64,000 nt of DNA, from contig CM119383.1 of NCBI GenBank assembly GCA_051294905.1, positions 7,564,001 to 7,628,000 on the forward strand, written 5' to 3'. The stretch is from Botryllus schlosseri (taxonomy: Eukaryota). Shown one piece after another: positions 49,055 through 61,600 of the stretch. Under the pieces are notes generated by a model. The model saw nothing but the letters and a program-made list of their open reading frames with translations, was not told the DNA's origin and did no database searches. The stretch's first letter is position 1. Each line of letters starts with the position of its first letter. A program made the position numbers and the translations under genes.

Positions 49055-51649
49055 ATGTCTGTCGATGGAGGAGCAGAAAACGGTCGACGCCCTATTCTCA
49101 TACGGGTGCCAACTCTTGAGGTATTACCAAATGCTCCGGCGGTTCTGAAGATATTCTGTCATTGGGAACGACAACTGCAATCCTACATAGCTGCCGCATC
49201 CCTTTCTGATGCCACAATAGATAAGCTTGCATTATTGTGTGGATTCATTTCGGCGGACGTCTACGCATTGATAGAAGAAAAGCAATCCTACGACGAAGCT
49301 CTGAAGTTACTACAGGATCTTTACAAACCGAAGAAAAATGTTATATTTTCAAGACATCTTCTCTCTAGTAGAGCGCAAGATACCAACGAGACCGTTCAGG
49401 AATTTCACCAAAGCTTATCAGCGCTCGCAAAGGATTGTGATTTCAAGAGTGTCACCGCCGAGCAATATCGCCAAGAATCTATAAGAGATGCTTTCATCAG
49501 AGGTTTGAAATCTTCCCATATACGTACGAGACTGCTTGAATGCGAGGAACTGCCACTGCAAAAAGCGATTATCACTGCTATTTCACTGGAGAAAGCTCAA
49601 GAATTTTCCACTTCCTATAAAGTTAATGACGTCGATGCACGTTTCGTTGCAAGCACCTATAACGATCCCAGCCAGCCTGCAAGAGACGCACCGGATCCTC
49701 AGCTTAACACGGTTTCTGCAATTAGTAGCAGAGTACCCGAAGTTAAATCAATCAAAGAATGCACGTTCTGTGGAGGTACCCATGCCGCTAAGCGCGACCA
49801 ATGCCCAGCATCGATGGTTGAATGTTATAAATGTGGCAGACTTGGACATTTCAGGAAATTCTGTAAATCAAAAAGCAAATACCTGGCTGCTGCTCCGAAA
49901 TGTTTGAAAGACTCGACCATACCCCTTACAAATGCACAGCAAATATTCGATGCCATGCTCGATTCGGGAGCTGCTGAATGTTTCATCCAACTGGATATTG
50001 CTATCAAGCTAGGTTTGTTTCCACAGGGACCAACTTACAGTATCAAATTGGCTTCCAACAAATGCGCCACCGATGTGCTAGGACATGTTACCGTCGGATT
50101 CATAGTGGCGTCACGTGAGTACACTCATCAATTTGGCATAATCGATGATTTATGTGCAGACTTTGTCCTCGGACTAGATTTCATGAGATTGCACAAGAAG
50201 GTTATTTTCGAATTCAAAGATGGCAAGAACGAGCCATTTACAGTAGGCGTAAACTCTCACTTGGCACTTGTTACTTCCAAAGTCGATGAACCGCTTCGTA
50301 TATTCCAATTCTTGACTCCAGATTACAAACCCATTGCCGCTCCTTCTCGAAGGTATAGCAAAGAAGATAACGAATTTATTAAAGGCGAAGTACAGAAGCT
50401 TCTCAGTGACGGTATCATAGAACCGAGTCATTCACCTTGGCGTGCTCAGCCACTAGTAACCAGGGACGTGCGGCATAAACGAAGACTTGTCATTGACTAT
50501 TCGGTATCTATCAACAAGTACACCAATTTGGATGCTTATCCACTGCCACGTATAGAAGATGTCATCAATGAAGTCTCTAAAGGCAAGTACTATTCAGCCG
50601 TTGATTTGAAATCGGCTTACCATCAAGTCCCGTTACACCCTGATGACAGACCTTTCACGGCGTTCGCCGCTTGCGGTTCACTTTACCAATTTTGCCGATT
50701 ACCGTTCGGCGTCACGAATGGAGTAGCGGCTTATCAACGTTATATCGATTCGTTTATTTCAAAGCATCAATTACAGGGTGTCGTAGCGTATTTGGATGAT
50801 ATTACAATATATGGCGCTACCAAGGAAGAGCATGATATCCGCTTGAAAGCATTTTTAGATTCCGCAACAGCTTGTCACCTCACCATCAATACAGAGAAAT
50901 CAAGTTTTGGAATCGAAGAAATACAGTTGCTTGGACACAAAATATCTCATGGCAACATAAGTCCGGACCCTGACCACATGAAGCCGCTCCTGGATATGAC
51001 CGCGCCAACGGACTCCAAAGGTTTGAAACGTATATGCGGTATGTTTTCATATTATTCCAAATGGATTCACAATTTCTCGGCTAAGATTAGGCCTCTTATT
51101 CGTTCATCCAATTTTCCTTTGGGAGCTGATGCTATTGCTGCTTTTCGTCAATTAAAGAAAGAGATAGTGGACTCTTGTCTAGGATGCATTTACGAAGACC
51201 AACCATTTACAGTTGAGTGTGACGCGTCAAACTGCGCCATTGCAGCAGTTTTGAACCAGTGTGATCGGCCTGTAGCCTTCTTCTCTCGCACACTTACAAA
51301 GACAGAATCGAACTACCCCGCTATTGAGAAAGAAGCTCTCGCAATCATTGAATCGGTTCGGAAGTGGAATTACTTGCTTGCCAATCAGAAATTCCTTCTT
51401 GTTACAGATCAAAGAGCTTTATCTTACATATTTCAGAAGAAGCATCACAGCAAAATCAAGAATACAAAACTTGCGCTATGGCGTCTTGAACTCAGCTCTT
51501 TCAATTATGACATCTCACATCGTGCGGGAATCGAAAACGTCGCTGCAGACACCTTGTCTCGTATTTGCTCCGTAACCGGTTCAGGTCAAAATTTAAATGA
51601 AATCCATGCACAACTTGGCCATTGTTCGCCGATTGTCCCACTTTGTTAA
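49055..51649 (+). CDS. pol: Gag-protease-RT-RNase H polyprotein (864 aa, terminates early in the integrase zinc finger)
   Basis: Zn knuckles CTFCGGTH...C and CYKCGRLGHFRKFC; protease LDSGA; RT LPFG and YLDD; RNase H CDAS, IEKEALAI, TDQRAL, NVAADTLSR. Confidence 0.95.
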   Translation: MSVDGGAENGRRPILIRVPTLEVLPNAPAVLKIFCHWERQLQSYIAAASLSDATIDKLALLCGFISADVYALIEEKQSYDEALKLLQDLYKPKKNVIFSRHLLSSRAQDTNETVQEFHQSLSALAKDCDFKSVTAEQYRQESIRDAFIRGLKSSHIRTRLLECEELPLQKAIITAISLEKAQEFSTSYKVNDVDARFVASTYNDPSQPARDAPDPQLNTVSAISSRVPEVKSIKECTFCGGTHAAKRDQCPASMVECYKCGRLGHFRKFCKSKSKYLAAAPKCLKDSTIPLTNAQQIFDAMLDSGAAECFIQLDIAIKLGLFPQGPTYSIKLASNKCATDVLGHVTVGFIVASREYTHQFGIIDDLCADFVLGLDFMRLHKKVIFEFKDGKNEPFTVGVNSHLALVTSKVDEPLRIFQFLTPDYKPIAAPSRRYSKEDNEFIKGEVQKLLSDGIIEPSHSPWRAQPLVTRDVRHKRRLVIDYSVSINKYTNLDAYPLPRIEDVINEVSKGKYYSAVDLKSAYHQVPLHPDDRPFTAFAACGSLYQFCRLPFGVTNGVAAYQRYIDSFISKHQLQGVVAYLDDITIYGATKEEHDIRLKAFLDSATACHLTINTEKSSFGIEEIQLLGHKISHGNISPDPDHMKPLLDMTAPTDSKGLKRICGMFSYYSKWIHNFSAKIRPLIRSSNFPLGADAIAAFRQLKKEIVDSCLGCIYEDQPFTVECDASNCAIAAVLNQCDRPVAFFSRTLTKTESNYPAIEKEALAIIESVRKWNYLLANQKFLLVTDQRALSYIFQKKHHSKIKNTKLALWRLELSSFNYDISHRAGIENVAADTLSRICSVTGSGQNLNEIHAQLGHCSPIVPLC

Positions 51650-52690
51650 ATCCAAGAATTTACCGTATTCCACGGAAGATGTGAAACGTATTTGTTCCAG
51701 CTGCCGTGTTTGCGCTGAACTCAAACCTAGATTTTATAAAGGAGATTCTCACCAACTGATCAAAGCCATTTATCCCTGGCAAAGAATATCAATCGATTTC
51801 AAAGGTCCGGTTCCCGGTAAACGTAAATTCATTTTAATAATTGTCGACGAATATTCACGATTCCCTTTTGCATTTCCATGCTACAATATGACGTCCGAAA
51901 CCGTCATCGAATGTCTAATGACGTTGTTCACTCTCGTTGGATTGCCTGAATATGTACATAGCGATAGATCGATGTCATTTATGTCGAAAAGAATGAACGA
52001 TTTCCTAACGAAGAAAGGTGTTGCAACAAGTCAATCAACCCCTTATCATCCCACTGGCAATTCCCAATGTGAGAGAACCAACCAAACTGTTTGGAGAACA
52101 GTAAAACTCCTGCTTGCCCAATACCAAATGCCACTGTCTTCATGGGAGGAGGTTACTCCCAGACGCATTGCACTGTATCAGGTCGCTTCTATGCACGGCT
52201 ACAAATTGTACACCTCACGATCGATTTTTCTCTTTTCAAAGGAGATCAATGAATGGCTCTTCATTACCCGATTGGCTTTTCAAGTCGGGCACAGTTCTAC
52301 TGCGCAAGTTCGTCCGCGACAAGAGTGACCCTTTATGCGATAAAGTGTATTTGCTCGATGCTAATCCAAAGTACGCTTTGATTCGCTATCCAGATGGAAG
52401 AGAGTCGACCGTCTCCACTACAGACCTTGCTCCTTATCCGCGTATTACCGAGGTCACCGAATCCTTGCCACGCGTAAAGAAATCTCTTCCTTCTCAATCG
52501 GACCTGGATATGCCCTCCAGCGAAATCGAAGAAGAAAAGGTTACTCAGGCCGACGAATTCCGTAGTGAAGACGCTACCATCCCTGTAATCGCTGACAAAT
52601 CTCAAAGCAGCTCCGACTCTCAAGACTCCGAGACGCTCTTCACGGTCAAGAAGAGCCCCTGATAGATATGGGGATTTCGTTTCCCATTAG
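51597..52690 (+). pseudogene. Integrase region, frameshifted in three places
   Basis: H...GH in the ORF1 frame; CSSC, IDFKGP, VDEYSRF, HSD, QCER in the next frame; LPDALHCIRSLLCTATNCTPH in the next; terminal RRSSRSRRAPDRYGDFVSH* (stop 52688-52690) back in the ORF1 frame. Confidence 0.85.
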
Positions 52691-52749
52691 ATATTTTGTT
52701 TGAATTGGTTATTTTCTGCGCTAATGTTCGTTTTATTAGTCGGGGAGAT

Positions 52750-52907
52750 TGTGGTGATCGCTATCGTCTCATTTCGGTTTTGTTATTATTGCTTAATTGG
52801 TTGATTATCTACTGTAGTTCTGGGTATAAAACCATTGCGTTTCCATTCATTGTTTGTCTTAGTTAATAAAAGCCTTGGATGTAAAGAGGTGTATTTGATT
52901 CACAACA
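52750..52907 (+). repeat. 3' LTR (158 bp)
   Basis: Identical to the 5' LTR; preceded by the polypurine tract. Confidence 0.97.
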
Positions 52908-53550
52908 CGTATACGTTACAGAATTTTGATATAGGCTATATAGATGTATACAGAACTTATTTACAATGTATTACATTTTCGTTAGACCCATTAAAAACGA
53001 GAATATCACCCATTAAAAACGAGAATATCACGAGTTATTATGTTTATCAAATTTAACAAAAGCGGATCACCTCTTTGGCTTGATGGATGCATACAATTAC
53101 ATACATAAATTTACTACTTTAAAAAGTGATTGTCACAAGAAGCCAGAAGAGGTTTCAAAATGGTTTCTAACTACTAGCATGGAAAAGTAGAAAATGCATA
53201 ATGCATATGCTATTCGATATATAGGTGAAGAAATCAAAGTCAAGATTGAAGGTCATAATGACACCATTACCAGACATTTTCAAAACAACAAAGGCAGTAT
53301 ACACGCAACGCTAGCGATTTAACAACGGATATTTCGTATAGTAACACGGATAACATAAGTGTGAAGAAAATCAAGCGGCAACATTAAACACAGAACTACC
53401 GGGCAATGCATAGGCCATAAAAGACAGGCAGCACCAAGTGGAAAATAGGCAGCGATAATATGAAATTTGGCAGAATACAGCGATAAAAATGATAAAAGGT
53501 TTTGCGACAATAGTCTGTTGAAAGTTGTCCGATTATTTTGCTTACTTTAC

Positions 53551-53597
53551 CTTCATATCAACCTTCAAATTAGTAGTTGGAACTGAATACTGAGGAT
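53551..53597 (-). CDS. Candidate cytoplasmic exon of gene B (xPQYSVPTTNLKVDMK)
   Basis: Strong acceptor ccgtctctcttcag and donor AAG|GTAAAG; linkage to the TM exon is inferred only. Confidence 0.3.
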
Positions 53598-55486
53598 CTG
53601 AAGAGAGACGGAAATAATTTACCAACTAAGCTACCGATATGAAATATTACTAATGGTAAGCTTGTTAGACTATTATTTACACTTCTACAGTTTTTGAAGT
53701 CAAAAGTCAAACTAATTACATTCCACACTGTATATGTTGTCATAGAAACTGGCGATGGATACGCCATATCGCAGTAATGAGATATGATTTCGAGAATCGC
53801 TTATGTTTTGTGGCGCCACGAGTCGTGCTGCATTATTCGAGAAGCTGGGTCTTGCAAATTCCAAGCCCGTATCGGCTAATGACTAACAAAAGCCTGTGCC
53901 GTCTAGAACTTATCTACATCTGTATACTAATTACTGGAATATTTCGTTTTTTACTTCAACTTGCATAGTTCATGGACTATGGATTTCTGTGTTTTCTCTC
54001 AATCAACGCGAATTAATCTTTTGTGGCTCTTGGTTGTGGGACATGGCTACCATAGGTCCCAGTTAGCATTTGATCGAATGGTTACACTTCAAAAAAACCT
54101 GTGGTTCCTCACTGTCATAGTTGTGTGAATAAATGAATGATTGAATGAAAATACGAACTTTTAGAAATCAAACTCGTAAGTCTAACACACATTCAAAAAT
54201 AAAATGCATTTGCCGGATTGTATATTTCATGAAAATACTTACGTAAACTAATCACCCACTGACGGCGTAGCTACCCCGCCTGTAAAATATAAGTTCAAAG
54301 AATTAACCACTTTGAAGTGAATCATGAAATATTTGTCATTTCAAGATCAAGTTATTGTTGCAGTTTACAGCTCGGGAAAGTTAAACTATCGTGATCGATG
54401 CTCCAAAGAACATATCAAAAATAGTCAAGTTCAATGTAGAATAAATCACAGTGTTTAACTTGTGGGAGACTAAACGTGGCGTTTCCAGTAATAATAGTTA
54501 TGGCAGCAATCCTGGACATAATGAAAGTGAATTAAAGCAAGCTAATATATTACTAAAATGCAATCATGCCAATTCGTCAAAATGGGGGGAAAACGCCACA
54601 TTGAATCTACAGGCATCGATATTACTCCAGCAGAAGTCAATGTTTATGGTTAATGGCCGTGCAGAAAAATTCTGATCCTACTGGAGTAATATCAAGTACA
54701 TCTATTACGATGTTTTGTAAACACGAAGCGAATTGTTAGGCCCGTCAAGTCATGCTTTTCCAAATTCCATCGAGGTTTATTTATATTGAAATTTCAAAGC
54801 TTTCAGCAGCGACTATGTTTTTGAAATTTCAGAAATCTAAATATCCCTGTAAAATCTCGACCTCATACTATAAATAATCAATCTCAGTACTCGTATCCGA
54901 TGGCAAGTCGCCTATTATGCAGCAGCAATTTCATGTTATTTTAACGTTGAGTCCTTAATAATAAATTTCATTATTATGAACTTTGTTATTTAGTCTGCTA
55001 TTTTGATGCCAGGCAACCGCTACTCGTGTACTAACCTAACAATCAGCGACGCAAAAGTTGTGATAACTACGGCGGTCTATGGCTGTATTGTATGCAATAC
55101 CAGATACGCACATAGCGACTCGACAACGATTCAAACCTGCTGGACTACAATGTCCAGTCACTGATACTACTGAGGTAGAAGTAAATAACCATCTCCAAGA
55201 GGGGGGTCAAAACTGCAACTAGTATTAAAAAGAGATTTAAAAAGTATTTCAACAACTATACTAATCTTAGTTCCAGATGACTACGCACAAACCGCCAAAG
55301 TTTCGAAATTTACAGGACGCTGTTCGATTGCTAACACGATTCCTCTCGTCTAGTAGAAAGTAATTAAATAAACCACACAATTTTATCCAATTGCAAAAAT
55401 TCAAAATACTTCAGAATCACGAGTACAAGAGTAGGTGATTGGAAAGCAGAATCACAGAAGAGATCACCTACTTGGAAATTCCTTAC

Positions 55487-55607
55487 TTTTTCGCCACGGC
55501 AACTCCAAGCACGATGATAACTAACAAGGCAATGCCTAACAATACACCGAGGACAATCGTGGCGGGTAACAACGAGTCTGGACACTGTGGGGCTGCAACG
55601 GTTGCCG
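55487..55607 (-). CDS. Gene B transmembrane exon
   Basis: ...LLPATIVLGVLLGIALLVIIVLGVAVAK: about 23 hydrophobic residues then a basic stop-transfer; acceptor ttttttttcag, donor AA|GTAAGG. Confidence 0.85.
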
Positions 55608-58600
55608 CTGAAAAAAAGTGTTTCAGATAACTTACTAAATCGTGAAACATAAACCTAGTCGTTGGTAGTTCCACTTCGCGTTTTGCACGATACCAGTTCG
55701 TCCTCGCGATCCAACAAATAGAGCTTACCTGTAGTTGGCTGTGGTGTCGTACAGCTAGTCGGAGTAACTGCGGATACACTTTCTGTTGTCCCCGCCGTAA
55801 GGCCAGACACTGGGTAGTTTCCGTACACCGTGATGCTGTAAAAAGTCAATTAGCTACCGTGTGCTACTGTTGACAGATGGCGCACGAAATGATAGCTTCA
55901 CTCCGAAAATGGTTGCAACCGCTTACCCCCTTTGCGACAGTGCGAAGGCAATATTTTGCCGAGACCCCGAACTCACAGGCCGGGCGTAATTCTGTAGAGT
56001 TTTACTGCCCTATTATATCATTGTATCAGACATAGTTGATTACTGCCGCATCGGTAAGTAGAAAGTTACAAAATAATGGCAGTAAAACGCTAGATCTTGA
56101 AATTCGATCCCAGCTGCTTTGTCTCAAGAATTCTGGACTTGGGTAACTCAACTTATTTGAAACTAACCGATTCCTGCTCGCGACTCTCACAACTGTGAAG
56201 AGCAGATGCAAAATTTCACATCACCATAGCTACGGTTGGAGGCCGATTATGTAATACAAAGCACACATTGGAAACTAATCCCTATTGCTTCATATCGTTG
56301 TATAGGTAAAACGTGATCTCAACACACCTGTAACTGCTGGTAGCATCACGATCGGGAATAGTGTAGCTGGTTTCCGTAGTTGTGTACACCGTACAGTATG
56401 ACCCGCTGCAATCGGTCTGTAAAAATATGATGATTGGGACATGTTCTTGACTGCAATGTGCAAAGAAGGTTTCGTACCCGATCGTAAATGATTACGTAGT
56501 TATTGACACATGGCAGAGGTGTTATGGCAATAGCGATACTGTCAGAGTTATCCGAGGATACCACGATATTGGGAGAAGAGGCTGCAAAAGAAATTGAAGT
56601 TGAATTTAGCATGGGACATTTTGTTATAAGTTTAAGTCAAATCGCTTATTGCATAATCGTGTGACGTTGTTGGCTGTGGAAACAGTTCCAGAATGAGATG
56701 CTGTATTTAAGAATTTTGTTCCAACACGGAATCAGGAATCAGGATTTCGTCAAATTGCACAAGATCAAGGTGCGTAATCCTGAATTTTAGAAAGTTTAGA
56801 AAGCAAGGTTTTCGGAATATTGCATGACGATATTACGAAATTCCATAAACGACTCAAATTTCCAACTTACGTTGTTCCCCCGTCCTGCAAACAATTGATC
56901 CACTCTGAAGAATTACGTATTCCCGAACGCTGGGGTCAATGTCAACGTCGACTGTGATGTTATAGTCCATACATTGTGACAAGTTGCCAAATGCAGCTGT
57001 ATTCTGTCCGTATGCCCGATTGACAGTTTCGCTCCCGCGACTAACCGTGTAACCCTGGTTAGAAATCATTCGAGTTAAATTGAACACGTTAGATCACCGG
57101 TAGTCTGAAATCATTACCACCGGAGTAACTAGTACAAGCAGACAAAACGTACTTGAGTACTCCGAAAAAGTTGAAGTACCTCTGACTAAGTCTACACATT
57201 GACGCCATTAACCCAATCATGTAAAGGTTGCGGTGTTACCAGCACAAGTCAGTTTGAGCACAATGCAGTAACAGTGGAGTCCAAAGTCGAATAGAGTAGT
57301 TATTTCCTTGGTCCGTCAACCAACCTCTAGCGCCTTGGTTAACCAACCATTTACTGATCAGGTAAGCAGAGATCAAAACCAAATCTAAACGGCGATATAT
57401 CATATGATATATACGAGGTGAACGGCGGAGTCAACTCGAACCCATTGCGTTCTGAATGATTTGTCTCCAAAGATCACAACAGTTATGATGATTGTCGTAA
57501 ACTGACTATTGCGTTGAATAACCAACTGAAGCTTTATTAAAGCAAAGGTAACCAATGTGGCTTTAAGCAACATAGAACACAACTGACAGCAGAACAGAAG
57601 AGAATAGAATGACACGGTAACGATAAGGCGACACTGTACTGTACAACGTAACTAATCAGAGAAAAGTAATTATTGCCTAATTGCGGATCACCACATTGAT
57701 GTCTATTGCAGAATATAGGCTCGCTATACTGCTGTCACATCAATTGACGGCCATCATAAATTCGAGTGTATAATACGAAGTAGCAACTGCGGTTGGGTTT
57801 CTATGGATTTTTGATTAAAAAAAACACTCACCGTGATTATACTGGATGTGTCACCCGCGCCAGGGACGCTGTAGGTGAATTCAACACTGTCGCCGTTCAT
57901 TGAAGTGCATGTCACCTCTGGACGAATAGGGACTGCGACAAAAAATGAATTTCATTGGGACAGTTCATGCGCACATATGCATACTGAATGTTAGACTGCA
58001 ACCGGCCGGAATTTCAGAAATAAAATTCAAAACTGCTGTCTGATTTTTTGAAAATTATTGAAAGCTACTCATTCCCCACATGCAACTCGCTGAACTAGCT
58101 TGTTGTTGCTTTACGTACTCGAAATTATCTCATGATATTCAGCACATCGAATCAAGGGCGCGTCACTAGCGGGAGGCGGGTACAATGTGACCTCCTAGAA
58201 AAGTTATTCGCCAAGTTCAGTTGCGAAAAATAGGCTTTTAGTTTTATGCATTCCAATCAATTAATTTTTCGATGCACGTGATGCGAGAAAAAACATTGGA
58301 ACAATTGGTTTACCCATCAAGCGACCAATTCACAATTCAATACCTGACTTCAATTTCAAAACGATACCAGCAATTGTGATTTAGGTATTTACCATTGAAT
58401 TGAATGGACATTGGACAAGTACTGCCTTTTGCCGTTGCCAATAGGCTGCTGAATGAGCTATCTTGGGCTCACTGTTATTTGTGCCTGATAGTACTGGAAA
58501 GTCAATGTGAAAAGCTCAAACATGGGTTTTCACCATTTATCTATATCTTGGAATCTTGTTGTTATGAGTACTGTGCGCAATTGTCTATGCAGCCCAGCAT

Positions 58601-61600
58601 CACTCTATGCCAGGGGTGGGCAAACTTCTTAGCTCGCGGGCCGCATTCAACATATGAATCCATTAGCGGACCGCACAATATTAAATTGGGAAGATTAGTC
58701 AAAGCGCAATATTTTTATTCAATTATATAGGGACCGAAGAATTATGGGAGATGACATCTATCTATGTATGTATTTGAAACAAATCAAACAGTAATTCGAT
58801 GATAACGTACACGCATCGGTGTATTGCAATTTTGCAGAATTTCTGTGATGTTTAACAACTGAAACCTTTTACAATCAGAGGTGGTCAGTAACGAAGTACT
58901 TCTACTTTTTGGAAGTACTCAAGCAGTTTTCCTCTACTTCTGGTACTTACTCAAGTAGATCTGATTTTATCTACTTCCACTTCTACTTAGGAATATTTTG
59001 TGATCTACTTACTTTCTTTTCGCTATTTTCAGTTTGTCAGGTAGAAGTAGTTTAATCCCCCAATACGAAAGATGGCCTGAGGAATTTCGGGGCTGTTTTC
59101 ACGGAGTACCAACATTTAATATTTATAAAAGTCAAGTAAAGCCCAGAAATTTTGTTGCGCTTCGCGCACAGTAGTTATGGAGTGACATATGTGTTTTCAC
59201 GAAAGTATCAGTAAATATAATTTAGGTACCAGATTGTTTATGGTTCCGCTCAGACCGCATTGTCACCCATATCGAATATTTCATCACAGTATATATAGTC
59301 CACCATAACGTTTAATACTACCGTTTTGCAATCTAGCAGTTACCTATCCTATCGTTATATGGCAGCCCATGACGTGTCCTGCTAATCCGGAAAATCCGGC
59401 TTTTAGGAACGTTACACCTGTTTTAGCAGATCACCTTTGAAGCTTTATGGACAAAAGATATGAAATGTAATTTCCGCTTTTTAGAAGTGGTATTTGTATT
59501 TCACTTTCAATTCCGAGTATGATACTTGGAGTTCAAATTACGTTCAATTCTTTTGTCTGCAGAACATACATGTTGATTGTTTAAGCATAAAAGTAAGTGT
59601 AGTAATGCCTCGATTTTCCGAAAATGAAGCTACACTAAATATAAATTCTACGATCCACACTATTTGTTATTATGACCTATACTAAACCGTATCCGATACA
59701 ACTTCTCCGTATTGCTCTTCGCCTAAACTTGGGGCCTTATAATTTGGGGTAGGGCGCCATGCCATGATATTCTTTAAAACGGGGTCTTCTAGTAAAGAAA
59801 GGGTTAGTATCGCATTTTCATATCAATACTATAATTTGCATCCCATGTTGCGAAAGAATGCTTATTCTGTCGAAAATTGATATTTCCTGGGATGCATCAA
59901 TACGAATCAAGCTCTCTGCACCTTATGCATCGCTCAATTTGCAGCTTTTGACGGTCCATGTGAACGAATTAAGACTGTTTTCAAATCTACTTGCTTACTT
60001 GAGTAGATTTAGTGTCAGTTATTTCTACTTCTACTTCAAGTAGTTTTAGGTGGCTTATGAAAGAAGTACTTCTACTCGTACTTGAGTAGACTTTTCGTCG
60101 CTTCTATTTGAGTAGCTTTCTTTACTACTTTGACCACCTCTGTTGACAATACGTGGGCCTTGAGATCAGACTACTACGCCCGCAATAAAATAAACATCAT
60201 AATAAGAATATAACTTATCATTGTCACGGGGAAATAGATTAAGAGAAAGTATTGCCAAGTCGCTGCAAAAATTACATTTCTTGAGGCTTTCGAGGGCCGC
60301 AAAAACGGTGTTCTGGGCTGCATGTGGCCCGTAGGCCGTAGTTTGCCCACCCCTGCTCTATGCAATTTCAGTGAAGTGGTGCATTGGTGCGTTGATCAAC
60401 AAAACACAAAATACAAATTCAATATGGGTTCAAACTTTGATAGGATCTATGTTTGCGCTCACCATTACGATTTACGCTTTACGAATAATATTATATGTTT
60501 TTACTTCAAATTTTTGATTTAGAATAATCAATAAGTAAGCATCATAACTAGTAACAAGGGCCAGATTCGGCGCGGGGAATATGAAAGGCTTACCTTTCGT
60601 AGTGCAAGAAACCGATCCAGTTTCGACGTCAACGTTCGCAGCAGACGATTTATCAATGGATACTGTCACCAAGTACTCGGTGTACGGGGACAATCCGGAA
60701 AATATTGCTCTACTTTCATCAAACGTTTTTCGCACCGTGTTCTCAGCCGTTCCGGTCGGTGTGATGACGAGAGTGTATCCCTAGTGGCGAGGACAGTATG
60801 CACAATTGCACATATTTATAGGGAGTGTGCATACCAGGTGATGATAATTGCAGAACAAAATAGTCAATGGGTATTATTCGGTAAGTTACTTCGTGGATTG
60901 GTATAAACACTATAATTTCAGTCCAACTGGAAGAGGATTAGCACATAGTTTGTGTTAAGAAACGGATATTTCCCAAAATCGCAAAGCCTGGCCCCAGCAT
61001 TTGGATAAAAAAATTGAATGTTGGTGGTTTTGGAGGGATATGCGACATGACACAGGATTTGGACTTGAAGATAGCCTACTTATGCATATTCAAGCATCAA
61101 AGCCACGACTGAAATTGGCAGCAGGCAGTACAGAGTTACAGACCATTAACTGCACATAATGCAAAGAGAAAACGGACGTTTTAACGTAAACAACTCACAT
61201 CAGCGGCGGAAGAGTCTAATCCCCCAGGCAATACTGTATAGTTCACGGATATTGTGTCTTCAGTGGTAGACTCGCAGCTTACAATGGGTTGGTAGCACGC
61301 TGTTAGAAGGAAATGCTGGTCAGTGTCTTTGAAATCCCGATATTCATAGAAACAGAAACATATAAGTCCCCTGCTTGCGCTAAGTGACTAAGTAAGCTCT
61401 CTGCTGCCATCTTTCCAACAAGGCATTTTCGACTTTTCGGGCAGCATAATTATGTTAACGATGCGTCAAGTTGTTTACTTCTCTGATTACTTTTCCAGAT
61501 GCATTCATAGTTGGAAGAAGTAAAATACTGTTAGTCTAAATATACGAATATGTCGAATCTGACTATATGAAAACACAGCTTACGTTTGGTACTAGTTGTC

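Larger units (their letters stand above)
48870..52907 (+). mobile_element. Ty3/Gypsy LTR retrotransposon, full length (4038 bp), Mag-like Gag
   Basis: TG...CA LTRs 48870-49027 and 52750-52907, identical by eye; 5-bp TSD CGTAT (48865-48869, 52908-52912); purine tract GGGGAG just before the 3' LTR; domain order PR-RT-RH-IN. Confidence 0.97.

Noticed and set aside
49536-52623. Small alternative-frame and antisense ORFs inside the retrotransposon
   Set aside because: Shadows of pol; no env-like or accessory ORF is supported.
52988-53031. 22-bp tandem duplication next to the 3' LTR (also a 14-bp duplication near 33480 and TAC/CAT microsatellites)
   Set aside because: Ordinary slippage duplications with no link to the insertion.
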